Shown here in pieces: positions 30,335 through 39,262 of a stretch of 39,262 nt of DNA (the first letter of the stretch is position 1; every line of letters begins with the position of its first letter). This DNA comes from a virus. Its lineage: Duplodnaviria > Heunggongvirae > Uroviricota > Caudoviricetes. The stretch lies in IMG/VR virus record IMGVR_UViG_2513237200_000009; one strand, 5' to 3'. The position numbers and the translations under genes are program-made. The notes beneath the pieces were generated by a model that ran no database searches, was not told where the DNA came from, and saw only the letters and a list, made by a program, of their open reading frames with translations.

Positions 30335-32749
30335 TTAATACAGGTTCCGCCACTTATCATCTTCCTTCAGACGCTGGTTCCGATAGAAGATACGCAGGCC
30401 TGCTCCTGACGGAATACTGCCGCCGCGAAGGAGCAAATCGACTTCTTTCTCGCTGCCATCAAATCCCCTGGACTTCAGTTCATAGACGAGCTGCTGTCGC
30501 TGATGGTCTGTAATTCGCTGTTTGTAGTCTTTACGCCGTTTCGGTTTCACCTGGCGTAACCTTGCAGCCAGTTCCCGGCGCTCTTTTTTGCTCATACTGT
30601 GCAGGTAATCGTGCAACTCCTTGTCATTCATACGGGTAATATCCGTTCTGGAGTCCCCATCAGCTGATTTGTCTTTCCCTTGTTGGTTCAAATTTTCAGC
30701 AAGGGGACAGTTATTGCCACGAGTCCAAGGGGCGCAAGCGCCCTGGTCGGCTACCGCCTCCTGAACGTCAACGGCCTTACGAACCATTTTCCACTTCACT
30801 GCATGAGTGCAGATCTTGCCCTCTGAAATGGGTGACCAGATGCCATAAATACGAATACCGTGATCGCCATAGGCAGTCGGCTCTTCGTTAATTTCATAAG
30901 CTGTTCTGATAAGGTGATATTTGCGGGGAACCAGTACGCCGCCCTGCTTCATGATGTAGGTGGCAAAACAACCAGCATCAGCAGCAGCCAGGATGGCATC
31001 AAGACGCGGATCATCCAGTACCGGCGCACCTGCTTTTTTGTCACCCTGTTGCCTTGCCGCCTGACCAGCCAGCAATCGCAGTTCACGGTAAGCCTGGCGC
31101 CCCGGAATACCAAAGAAGCGGAACTGCTGAACACGATGCAGAGACGCCCAGGCATTAACGTATTCGGCGTTATCACGCAGGGATTTACCCGTTTCCTTGC
31201 TGATCTCGCCAGCCAGACCACGCCCGTCAATGTTCTTACTGATGTATTTTGCGATGTAGCTTGTCGGCGTTCCTTTGCGTGGGTTTATCAGCTCAGACTT
31301 AAAGCGTGGGCCCGTGTTATTGCCCAGCTCCTCGCGGTCTTCACGGATGGCAAACTTACGCAACAATGCAGTAATGGCGCGGCGGTCTTTTTTGCGCATG
31401 AAACACATGAGATGCCAGTGCACAGTACCGTCATGGTGCGGCTCAGCCACCCGTACGCCATACCAGCGCAACCCGGTTTTGTGCATCGCCTTACGAAATG
31501 CAGCAAACATGCCGACCAGATAATCGCTGCTTTGTCTTACCGTCGCATTTGTCCAGGTCGGGTTGGGCCTGCCGTTATTGAGCGTGGAATGGAAACGTGA
31601 CGGACATGTGATGGTGTAGAAAACGGCGCAGTCACCGCGCATTTCCGCGATAAGCTCCAGACCTTTAACGCAGGCCATCATCTCATTGCGGCGATGTGCC
31701 GGGTTGCTGCTGCTGGCGTTTACCACATCTTCCATATCCAGCGTGTCTCCGTCTTCGTTCACCAGTTCATGAGAACGGAAAAACTCCAGCGACTTGCGGC
31801 GCTGCTCACGTTTATGCATCACGGCTTCATAGCTGACATAGGGAGATGCTTTTTTGCTGACCAGACAGACAGCACGCAACTGCTCTTCCCGCCATTCGCA
31901 ACGCATCTTCCACAATTTTCGATACCACCAGTCGGCGCAAAGCATACGTGCCAGCGAACCCGGTATGAGTTCATAGGGCACAGGTTTGCGGCGGTTTCTT
32001 TTCCGACGAAGTTTCTCAAACGCAGGCGGGATAACATCCAGACGCAGGGTTTCCGCTGCCACCTTTTCCCATGTCTTGCGGATTTCTTCTGGCTTTACGT
32101 CATCGTTGGTATACAAATCACCACAAGCGGCCTCAAGACACATGCTCATATGCGCAGCTACCAGGGTGGACAGGCGTTTCACCTGATCCTGACTCATTTC
32201 AGGCAGGATCAGCAGGCCCTCCAGCCCTTGATGGCTTGCCATAAAACGGAAAGAAGTAGATAGCTGACTGTCGCGTACACAATCCAGTCGCTCCAGACAT
32301 GGCTTAATCGTCTCACGCAAATAGCGGGAATAAGCCTTTGGCCTGCCCAGGCTGCTGAAGTATTCGATACGTTGCATCAGCGGCTTGCTGATGTGGGTGG
32401 GCTGGGCGCTGACGTCCGCCAGAATGACCATGTCCGGGTTAAAACGCTGCTGCTCATGCGCCAGCTTTGCCCGACTAATGAGCTTATCCTGCTCCATTTC
32501 GCGCTGGACAGGATCACGGGATTCATTAAAGAAATAACGCTCCCAGACCTGTTCACTCAATTCCTCGCGGCGCAGCTGTTCCTGCTCGTTATCGGCAGCA
32601 TACAGAGTGATCAGGTTTGAAAGCGCAGAAACCGGCGCAACTTCCGCCGGGTCCAGATAAGGGTTTATGGCCTTTTTCGGGCCGTTCCATGAAAATGCTG
32701 CAGCGGCCTCGTTAAAGCCGCTAGAGTCGCTCATATCGGCATGACTCAT
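30335..32749 (-). CDS. A: replication initiation protein gpA
   Basis: 804-aa ORF in the early operon, position as P2/186 A. Confidence 0.8.
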   Translation of the reverse strand: MSHADMSDSSGFNEAAAAFSWNGPKKAINPYLDPAEVAPVSALSNLITLYAADNEQEQLRREELSEQVWERYFFNESRDPVQREMEQDKLISRAKLAHEQQRFNPDMVILADVSAQPTHISKPLMQRIEYFSSLGRPKAYSRYLRETIKPCLERLDCVRDSQLSTSFRFMASHQGLEGLLILPEMSQDQVKRLSTLVAAHMSMCLEAACGDLYTNDDVKPEEIRKTWEKVAAETLRLDVIPPAFEKLRRKRNRRKPVPYELIPGSLARMLCADWWYRKLWKMRCEWREEQLRAVCLVSKKASPYVSYEAVMHKREQRRKSLEFFRSHELVNEDGDTLDMEDVVNASSSNPAHRRNEMMACVKGLELIAEMRGDCAVFYTITCPSRFHSTLNNGRPNPTWTNATVRQSSDYLVGMFAAFRKAMHKTGLRWYGVRVAEPHHDGTVHWHLMCFMRKKDRRAITALLRKFAIREDREELGNNTGPRFKSELINPRKGTPTSYIAKYISKNIDGRGLAGEISKETGKSLRDNAEYVNAWASLHRVQQFRFFGIPGRQAYRELRLLAGQAARQQGDKKAGAPVLDDPRLDAILAAADAGCFATYIMKQGGVLVPRKYHLIRTAYEINEEPTAYGDHGIRIYGIWSPISEGKICTHAVKWKMVRKAVDVQEAVADQGACAPWTRGNNCPLAENLNQQGKDKSADGDSRTDITRMNDKELHDYLHSMSKKERRELAARLRQVKPKRRKDYKQRITDHQRQQLVYELKSRGFDGSEKEVDLLLRGGSIPSGAGLRIFYRNQRLKEDDKWRNLY

Positions 32750-33603
32750 ACACGCACCTCGTACACAGCAGAACTATCCACGCCACGCGAAGGATCAAAT
32801 CCCACCCAGCAGCGCGCCCCGGAAACAGCAATGATTTCTGTTGCAGATTTACTCTCGCCAGCCGACACGCCGATGCTGCGTTTTGCCTTGATGTAGTGGT
32901 GAGTGAAATTGCGATACAGCGAACGAATCAGGGATGTGTCACTGTTAGAAACAATGACCGGATGACCTTCAGATGATCGATATTCAAGAACGGATGCCAG
33001 GTGATACTGGTCATCTTCAGTGAAACCATCAGTGTGATAGCCGGAAAACGTACCGTCATAAGGCGGATCGCAATACACCACATCCCCCGCCTTCAACATC
33101 GCCAGCGTTTCATCAAAGCTGGCGCAGATAAACGTTGCCCGCGGGGCTTTCTCTGCAAATGCGCGAATTTCTTTTTCAGGGAAATACGGATTTTTATAAT
33201 TACCGTAGGGAATGTTGAAATGCCCGCTCTTGTTATAGCGACATAAACCACGGTAACCGTGACGATTGAGATACAGGAAATATATCGCCTTCATGAAATC
33301 AGTAATTTCAGTTGAGTAATTAAACTCCTGTCTTATGTTGTAATAAGCCAGCTCACTGTTTGCTTCCTCAAATAAAACTCTGGCACGAGATATAAACGCT
33401 TCGCAATCAGCGGCAATCTTTTTATAGAGGTTGATTAAATCAGGATTAATATCCGCAACCAGATAGCTGGGGTAATCCGTCGCCATCATCACAGCACAAG
33501 AACCCGCGAAAGGTTCAACCAGTCGCGGGCCAGCAGGAAGGTATTTTTTCAGTTCGGACATAATGGCGGTTTTATTACCCGCCCATTTCAGGATGGTGCT
33601 CAT
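32746..33603 (-). CDS. dam: DNA adenine methyltransferase (Dam-like N6-MTase)
   Basis: [11 protein letters not shown] ... FAGS ... DPPY motifs; start overlaps the upstream stop (ATGA). Confidence 0.85.
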   Translation of the reverse strand: MSTILKWAGNKTAIMSELKKYLPAGPRLVEPFAGSCAVMMATDYPSYLVADINPDLINLYKKIAADCEAFISRARVLFEEANSELAYYNIRQEFNYSTEITDFMKAIYFLYLNRHGYRGLCRYNKSGHFNIPYGNYKNPYFPEKEIRAFAEKAPRATFICASFDETLAMLKAGDVVYCDPPYDGTFSGYHTDGFTEDDQYHLASVLEYRSSEGHPVIVSNSDTSLIRSLYRNFTHHYIKAKRSIGVSAGESKSATEIIAVSGARCWVGFDPSRGVDSSAVYEVRV

Positions 33604-33827
33604 ACAGCACCTCCGTTGTAATGTTTGCCTTTCAGCTCTGCGATTTCCTGGCAGGTAATGCAAAGCTGCACTCCCGGAATGGCGCGGCGTCGTGCTGGCG
33701 GAATTGGCGCTTCACATTCAATGCAAAGTACGCGTGACACGCCCGGTGTTTTGGCACGGGCTGCACGGATATGGCGCTGGCGTTCTTCTTCAACGCGCTG
33801 CTGTACGAGATCCATTGCATCAGCCAT
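33600..33827 (-). CDS. TraR/DksA-family C4 zinc-finger protein
   Basis: CIECEAPIP...CITCQ four-Cys motif, 75 aa. Confidence 0.7.
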   Translation of the reverse strand: MADAMDLVQQRVEEERQRHIRAARAKTPGVSRVLCIECEAPIPPARRRAIPGVQLCITCQEIAELKGKHYNGGAV

Positions 33828-34066
33828 TAGTAGATCTCCCGCGCTTCGTTCTGGATTGCTTCAGCAGTCACACGCAGCAGTTCTGCCGCTTCCACGTGGT
33901 TTAGCTGGCGGGATGAGATATGACACGCCAGGCTATCAAGGCGAGCAGCCATTGCTTCAGCCCTTGCCCGGCGTTCTTCCAGACGAGCCTCTGTCAGTAA
34001 AATATTAAGCCCTGCGTCATCCGGTCCGGTTTTAGTCGTGAGGGTTTCAATATTACGCATAATCAA
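33827..34066 (-). CDS. hypothetical early protein
   Basis: 79-aa ORF in the operon frame series, helical and Ala/Arg-rich. Confidence 0.5.
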   Translation of the reverse strand: MIMRNIETLTTKTGPDDAGLNILLTEARLEERRARAEAMAARLDSLACHISSRQLNHVEAAELLRVTAEAIQNEAREIY

Positions 34067-34127
34067 TTCTCCTGAATTTAGATAAAGGGATGCCCGGCGG
34101 GTTTACGCCATTAATTTCATTAGTTGG

Positions 34128-34469
34128 TTAATTCGGCATGGTTAGCCGTCTGGGAAATAAGCTCACCACTGCACGAAAATGATTCATTGCTTTAATCAAC
34201 TCCCGCTTTTCGTCAGTGGTCAGCTCATTAATGCTGATGCTATGACGTTCAGCTGGAATTTTTGCCATAAAGAATATGGCAGCCAGTGCCCGTTTATTTT
34301 GTTCATTATTGATATCCCGTGGATCACGCATATCTTTAATAAACCGCTCAAGCTCTGACTCAATATTCAGGCCAAACACTTTCGCCCTTAACTCCGCAAT
34401 GTGATTAAGTCCATTCAGGCGTTCACCGGGGCTTAATGGAACAGTCGCCGCAGCGCCTTCAATAGCCAT
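34128..34469 (-). CDS. hypothetical early protein
   Basis: 113-aa ORF. Confidence 0.5.
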   Translation of the reverse strand: MAIEGAAATVPLSPGERLNGLNHIAELRAKVFGLNIESELERFIKDMRDPRDINNEQNKRALAAIFFMAKIPAERHSISINELTTDEKRELIKAMNHFRAVVSLFPRRLTMPN

Positions 34470-34550
34470 TTACGCATCCCACAACACATCTACTAAAAAA
34501 TTTTTGATATGATCCATTACCAACATATTGATAGCTAGAAGGAATCATCA

Positions 34551-34799
34551 ATGTTGAACCCGGTTGAAAGAGAGCGTATAGAGCAACTTGAAAACGAGAT
34601 CTCCAGTCTTCGCGATGAGGTTGCTGTTCAACGAATTCTTGTTTCAGGTCTGATCCACTCCTTATTTCGAACTGACTCAGCAAATCAATCTGCATTTTTT
34701 GAGCTCCTCCGCGAAGAATTAAACAAACTTCCTTTAGGTTCGGTTAAACAACAAGAATTCACTCATCTGATACAGACACTGATAGATCGTTACCGATAA
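34551..34799 (+). CDS. hypothetical protein on the opposite strand within the early operon
   Basis: 82-aa ORF with SD GAAGGA, helical heptad-like sequence; competes with minus ORF 34459-34695. Confidence 0.4.
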   Translation: MLNPVERERIEQLENEISSLRDEVAVQRILVSGLIHSLFRTDSANQSAFFELLREELNKLPLGSVKQQEFTHLIQTLIDRYR

Positions 34800-35014
34800 A
34801 TATTTCGCCGATAACGTTCAAGAGGTGATGTCTTTATACGCATCACTTCTTGTACTTTTTCACCACGTATAAAGGTTCCATCCTTTAGAGTGAAAAAGTA
34901 GCTACCATCGCCCGACAACGACGGATAGCAACAGAGCAAATCATCTTCAGGTACTGAATAATTCTCCCCTCTGTAACGAAAGTGATAAACCACTTCATTT
35001 TCTGCCGCATACAT
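34790..35014 (-). CDS. hypothetical early protein
   Basis: 74 aa, SD GGAG 9 nt upstream. Confidence 0.4.
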   Translation of the reverse strand: MYAAENEVVYHFRYRGENYSVPEDDLLCCYPSLSGDGSYFFTLKDGTFIRGEKVQEVMRIKTSPLERYRRNIYR

Positions 35015-35181
35015 TTGGACTTTCTCCGTTTCCTCGTGGTCAATTCAGACAGCAATTCATCTTGTGAACGGCACGGATGCCAGTGTTTACCATCCTCACC
35101 CATGATCCAGCCGTGACCGTAGTGCATTGCCGGGCTTTGTTTTACCAGCAGCGATGCAAATGATGGCTCTTTCGTCAGCAT
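34885..35181 (-). CDS. hypothetical early protein (extent uncertain; overlaps the next ORF in another frame)
   Basis: Met start just after the cII stop with SD GAGGTG; distal half looks non-protein-like. Confidence 0.3.
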   Translation of the reverse strand: MLTKEPSFASLLVKQSPAMHYGHGWIMGEDGKHWHPCRSQDELLSELTTRKRRKSKCMRQKMKWFITFVTEGRIIQYLKMICSVAIRRCRAMVATFSL

Positions 35182-35188
35182 AAGCACC

Positions 35189-35698
35189 TCACAGCAAACC
35201 GAATGAAGCACCAAGGCCAGTCACGGTATCCACCGCACTTGCCATTGCTGGATTCGCCTGTAGACGTGCCTGCAATGAAACTGCGGTCAGTGCCATCAAA
35301 CGCGTAACTGAATTAATACTGCTGATTACATCGCGGCGGCCTGCGGTAGTTTTCACTTCACCAGAGACAGCACCGGCAGCAACACGCCCGATCTCTGCTG
35401 TAGCATTCAGAACGTAGTACGGCATCTTCTCGCTTGCTACTTCGTTCACAGGGACACACGCCAGACAGTTAATCTGCGCCAGAAAGCCATCAACCAAAGT
35501 TGGGTCCTCGGTGAGATCTGTAAGCAGCCAGATCTCTGGCGCAGTGAGCTGGTGCGACTGCTCTGGGTTCAGCTTATTACGCAGGGTTTGAACGTTCATA
35601 CCTGCGCGTTCTGCCAGCTTCGACATGTTGTGACGCAAAGCGAAGGTCCGGCAGGCTTCATCAAAATGTCTTTGTTTGGAAACTTTATAATCAAACAT
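35189..35698 (-). CDS. cII: CII-like lysogeny-establishment transcription activator (186 CII family)
   Basis: MFDYKVSKQRHFDEACRTFALRHNMSKLAERAGMNVQTLRNKL...; 169 aa from the Met with best SD, matching 186 CII length. Confidence 0.7.
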   Translation of the reverse strand: MFDYKVSKQRHFDEACRTFALRHNMSKLAERAGMNVQTLRNKLNPEQSHQLTAPEIWLLTDLTEDPTLVDGFLAQINCLACVPVNEVASEKMPYYVLNATAEIGRVAAGAVSGEVKTTAGRRDVISSINSVTRLMALTAVSLQARLQANPAMASAVDTVTGLGASFGLL

Positions 35699-35763
35699 AG
35701 TTTTCATCTCCGAACTTATCGCAAAATCGAACCATAAAACAGATTTCGATAAGCAAAGTCTTT

Positions 35764-35967
35764 TCATGCCGAAAGTGCATCTACTGTCAAAGCAGCCATG
35801 TTAATCATGACTTTTTCACGCTTCTTATCTTTACGGAGACGATGCCGCGGAAGTCGGCCATCAGCCAACATGTCATTGATCGTATCAACCGGAAGGCCTG
35901 TGAGTTCGCTATAACGTTCAATTGTGACGTGTGGTGTGTTCAGAGTGATTGAAATGTTTGGGTTCAT
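35764..35967 (-). CDS. apl: Apl/Cox-like excisionase-repressor
   Basis: small HTH ORF divergent from cI; start ambiguous (ATG at 35967 or TTG at 36039). Confidence 0.5.
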   Translation of the reverse strand: MNPNISITLNTPHVTIERYSELTGLPVDTINDMLADGRLPRHRLRKDKKREKVMINMAALTVDALSA

Positions 35968-36113
35968 GGTGCAACATTCCTTCTTTAATTCGGCTTGTGG
36001 CGAGCCGTTGTTTATCGTGATTAGTTGTGAAGGCTCCAAAAGAAGACTTCGAGGTCAACTTTAAGATCGCTTTTGGAATCTGTCAATGCAATTTAGATTG
36101 TTTTGGAGGACTC

Positions 36114-36677
36114 TTGAATTTCAATAGCGGCGGAAAGAAAGTGATTGAACGTTTGGTTGAGGCGTATGGTTTCACCACTCGTCAGGCCCTTTGCGACCAC
36201 TTAGGGGTTTCAAAGAGCACAATGGCAACCCGCTACATGCGTGACATTTTTCCAGCAGATTGGGTACTTCAATGCGTTGTAGAAACTGGTACTTCAATTG
36301 ATTGGCTGGTATCAGGGAAAGGTGAGTTAAAAACCACAGCAGTCAACTCTTTGGTAGACGTTGAAACTCGCGAACTAAAAAATGGAGAGGCTATTGCACT
36401 TGGAACGCACAAGATTGATCCAGTCTTTCTTCTCAATGAAATAAAATCTGCATTAGCGATAAAAATTAACCAACATGTTTACATTTGTGACCGAGAAGAC
36501 ACTACCATTTCTGATGGTCAATGGTTGGTGGATATAGAAGGAAAACTGAGTATTAAAAAAATCAATTTGATACCAGTCAAAAGAGCAATGGTATCTGGGG
36601 ATGGTTTTTCATTTGAATGTGATATTAGTGATATAAAACCTATAGCTAAGGTTCATACCGTAATCAGTGAGGCTTAA
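36114..36677 (+). CDS. cI: immunity repressor CI (186 CI family)
   Basis: ..ERLVEAYGF...QWLVDIEG...FECDISDIK parallels remembered 186 CI; probable TTG start after GGAGGA. Confidence 0.75.
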   Translation: MNFNSGGKKVIERLVEAYGFTTRQALCDHLGVSKSTMATRYMRDIFPADWVLQCVVETGTSIDWLVSGKGELKTTAVNSLVDVETRELKNGEAIALGTHKIDPVFLLNEIKSALAIKINQHVYICDREDTTISDGQWLVDIEGKLSIKKINLIPVKRAMVSGDGFSFECDISDIKPIAKVHTVISEA

Positions 36678-38129
36678 ATGGATATTGAGTGGAATTGGGA
36701 TCAAGATGACGAATTTCTTGGTGAAAAATTACCTGCAGATACATTGGACAGAAAAAAGTACGCAAAATATCTTTATGAAATCTGTGCTGCACGCGGTGCT
36801 AAATCCAATCTCGTAGTTAACATTAATGCGGAATGGGGGGCTGGAAAAACATATTTTACTAAACGCCTAGCCAAGACAATTTCCCACTACCATCCCACAA
36901 TATACATTGATGCTTGGAAAGAAGATTTTACTGAAGACCCATTGCTCACAGTATTTAGTGGAATTAAAGATCAATTATCTGGTCAATCTGATAGCTTTAC
37001 TGCTTTAATCAATTCAACAATTGAGAATGTCGGTCCTTTGCTAAAAACAGCGGCACCAGTTATTATTGATGGATTAATACAAAAGTTCACAGGGGTTGAC
37101 TCCTTTTCTAACCTAACTAAAGACTTATCATCTAAGCTAATAGAAATACACGCAGAAAAATCAACGAGAATAGAGACAGTAAGAAAAGGAATTAGTCGTT
37201 GGGTTGAATTCATTGGGCGAAAAGATGGAATAGATAAAGAGCTTCCATTATTTATAATAATTGATGAACTTGATAGATGTAGGCCCGATTTTTCCATTAG
37301 TCTTTTAGAAATCTCCAAGCATATTTTTAACATCCCTGGCGTAGTATTTATTATTGCCACTGACACCCAACAATTACAGCATTCAATAAAAGTTATATAT
37401 GGCACTAATTTTTCAGCAAGTCATTATCTAAGCAGGTTTTTTGACCGTCGATTCCTTCTCCCAACGCCAGAATACAAAGACTTACTATTAACAAAAACAG
37501 GTGAAAACATAATTTCGGAATTTAATTCTTTACGTGAAAAATTAATTCCATGCCCACAAGACATCACATCATTTGTTAAAAATTGTTCATCCATATTATT
37601 ATCCATAAAAATAAACATCAGAGACGCTGTAAAAATATACGAGAGGCTAATAGACATACTTATCACGTCAAATAAAACATTTGACCCCAATCTAATGTTG
37701 ATATTATCTGCATTTAATTTCAAAGATCATGATGTATATGCAAAAATAAAATCAAAAGAAAAGCTAATTCCTAGTCCTCTCAACACAGAAATAGATTTAT
37801 CATTTGATTTATCTTATGAAACTACACAAGTCAAGTACTTCCAAGCTAATGGTGGTGTTTATAGTAATACGTATAAACAAAAAGAAATTTCAACAAATGT
37901 TCTATTTTACATAGAGACTGCTTGGAACACCTTAACGATAGCAAGAACCGCACCTGTTGGCACGCGACCTTACAATACTCCAGAACTTTGGATGGAAGGA
38001 GAGTTGTCTCAGGAGGAATCATTAGCGAACTTTCTCAAAATGGGATACGCCAAAAGCCGGTACAATGAAAGTGAACTAAAAATTCATCAATATTTCGATT
38101 TAATTGAACTGAGCACAACATTTGATTGA
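36678..38129 (+). CDS. KAP-family P-loop NTPase (PifA-like), candidate anti-phage/exclusion protein
   Basis: 483 aa, AT-rich; Walker A AEWGAGKT with the KAP-typical Trp, Walker B IIIDELDRC; ATG immediately follows the cI stop (TAAATG). Confidence 0.8.
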   Translation: MDIEWNWDQDDEFLGEKLPADTLDRKKYAKYLYEICAARGAKSNLVVNINAEWGAGKTYFTKRLAKTISHYHPTIYIDAWKEDFTEDPLLTVFSGIKDQLSGQSDSFTALINSTIENVGPLLKTAAPVIIDGLIQKFTGVDSFSNLTKDLSSKLIEIHAEKSTRIETVRKGISRWVEFIGRKDGIDKELPLFIIIDELDRCRPDFSISLLEISKHIFNIPGVVFIIATDTQQLQHSIKVIYGTNFSASHYLSRFFDRRFLLPTPEYKDLLLTKTGENIISEFNSLREKLIPCPQDITSFVKNCSSILLSIKINIRDAVKIYERLIDILITSNKTFDPNLMLILSAFNFKDHDVYAKIKSKEKLIPSPLNTEIDLSFDLSYETTQVKYFQANGGVYSNTYKQKEISTNVLFYIETAWNTLTIARTAPVGTRPYNTPELWMEGELSQEESLANFLKMGYAKSRYNESELKIHQYFDLIELSTTFD

Positions 38130-38158
38130 TGTATGAGTTCACCTAAACATACATTGAC

Positions 38159-38178
38159 CACTGTTTAAACATACAGTT
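38159..38178. promoter_or_regulatory. LexA-box-like palindrome upstream of int
   Basis: caCTGTttaaacatACAGtt fits CTGT-N8-ACAG; could be a chance match. Confidence 0.35.
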
Positions 38179-38184
38179 AAATTT

Positions 38185-38209
38185 AGCCCTCAGACATGAG
38201 GGCTTTTTT
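38185..38209 (+). terminator. rho-independent terminator abutting the int start codon
   Basis: agccctc agacat gagggct followed by ttttt, then ATG of int. Confidence 0.5.
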
Positions 38210-39262
38210 ATGGCAGTACGAAAACTCGACACAGGTAAATGGATATGCGAATGCTACCCCGCCGGGCGCAGCGGACGGCGTGTGCGTAAGCAATTCGCCA
38301 CCAAAGGTGAAGCGTTAGCATTTGAACGGCACATAATGGAGGAAACTGAAGCTAAGCCCTGGCTGGGTGAATCGGTAGATCGCCGAACTCTGAAAGACGT
38401 CGTTGAACTCTGGTTCAAACTGCACGGCAAATCTCTGACCGCTGGCGAGCATGTTTACGACAAGCTGATCCTGATGGTCGAAGCTCTCGGAAATCCCCTC
38501 GCCACCGATTTAACATCCAAAATGTTCGCGCACTATCGCGATAAACGCCTGACAGGAGAGATCTACTTCAGCGAGAAATGGAAGAAAGGAGCAAGCCCGG
38601 TCACTATTAATCTGGAGCAAAGCTATCTAAGTAGTGTTTTTAGCGAACTATCCCGCCTGGGCGAATGGTCGTATCCGAACCCACTGGAGAACATGCGAAA
38701 ATTCACCATCGCAGAAAAAGAGATGGCATGGCTTACCCATGAGCAGATTGTTGAATTGCTGGCTGATTGCAAACGTCAGGACCCAATTCTGGCACTGGTA
38801 GTTAAGATATGCTTAAGCACAGGCGCACGCTGGCGTGAAGCCGTAAATCTTACCCGCTCGCAGGTGACCAAATACCGAATTACCTTTGTAAGAACGAAGG
38901 GGAAGAAAAACAGAAGCATCCCTATCAGTAAAGAGCTTTACGAAGAGATCATGGCGCTTGATGGGTTCAATTTCTTCACAGACTGCTATTTTCAATTTTT
39001 ATCCGTGATGGAAAAAACGTCTATCGTGCTGCCTCGCGGTCAACTGACACACGTTCTGCGCCATACGTTTGCGGCGCACTTCATGATGTCGGGTGGAAAC
39101 ATCCTGGCCTTACAAAAAATTCTCGGACACCACGATATAAAAATGACTATGCGTTATGCGCATCTGGCACCGGATCATCTGGAAACGGCGCTCCGTTTCA
39201 ATCCTCTGGCAACATTGCCAAGTGGCGACAAAGTGGCGGCAGCGGTTGGCATTACCCCGTAA
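38210..39262 (+). CDS. int: tyrosine integrase (186/P2-type)
   Basis: 350 aa; MAVRKLDTGKWICECYP... and C-terminal ...LTHVLRHTFAAHFMMSGGNILALQKILGHHDIKMTMRYAHL catalytic region. Confidence 0.9.
   Translation: MAVRKLDTGKWICECYPAGRSGRRVRKQFATKGEALAFERHIMEETEAKPWLGESVDRRTLKDVVELWFKLHGKSLTAGEHVYDKLILMVEALGNPLATDLTSKMFAHYRDKRLTGEIYFSEKWKKGASPVTINLEQSYLSSVFSELSRLGEWSYPNPLENMRKFTIAEKEMAWLTHEQIVELLADCKRQDPILALVVKICLSTGARWREAVNLTRSQVTKYRITFVRTKGKKNRSIPISKELYEEIMALDGFNFFTDCYFQFLSVMEKTSIVLPRGQLTHVLRHTFAAHFMMSGGNILALQKILGHHDIKMTMRYAHLAPDHLETALRFNPLATLPSGDKVAAAVGITP

Noticed and set aside
30860-32263. Plus-strand ORFs inside the A gene (30860-31600, 31694-32263)
   Set aside because: Antisense shadows of the 804-aa replication gene.
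34459-34695. 78-aa minus-strand ORF
   Set aside because: Its sequence looks less protein-like than the overlapping plus-strand ORF 34551-34799, and its C-terminal half covers what looks like the promoter and RBS of that gene. Not fully excluded.
36027-36113. Extended N-terminus of the cI ORF from GTG at 36027
   Set aside because: The first 29 codons (MKAPKEDFEVNFKIAFGICQCNLDCFGG) look non-protein-like and overlap the divergent apl/switch region; a TTG start at 36114 after GGAGGA gives a 186-CI-like N-terminus.

Overview
Enterobacterial (E. coli-like) chromosome carrying host genes grxA-ybjM-ybjL (1-2620), followed by a nearly complete P2/186-family prophage running from ogr (2856) to int (39262); the int-side attachment site lies beyond the window. 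Calls rest on reading the six-frame translations against remembered P2 and 186 proteins and on motifs visible in the DNA; no database search was run. The structural, lysis and packaging modules are conventional and GC-rich. Interleaved with them are several AT-rich cargo genes that look like candidate anti-phage or exclusion functions: (1) a PifA-type KAP P-loop NTPase between cI and int, (2) a DUF262 (ParB/GmrSD N-terminal-like) protein between the portal gene and a cos-like sequence, (3) an opposite-strand membrane protein between V and S. Other notable features are a Hin/Gin-type invertase with an invertible tail-fibre segment bounded by hix/gix-like sites, an IS911-like element inserted into that segment, a LexA box in front of a small-ORF/DinI-like operon (186 tum-like), and a second LexA-like box in front of int. 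Coordinates of non-coding motifs are anchored to nearby ORF ends and may be off by 1-2 bp.
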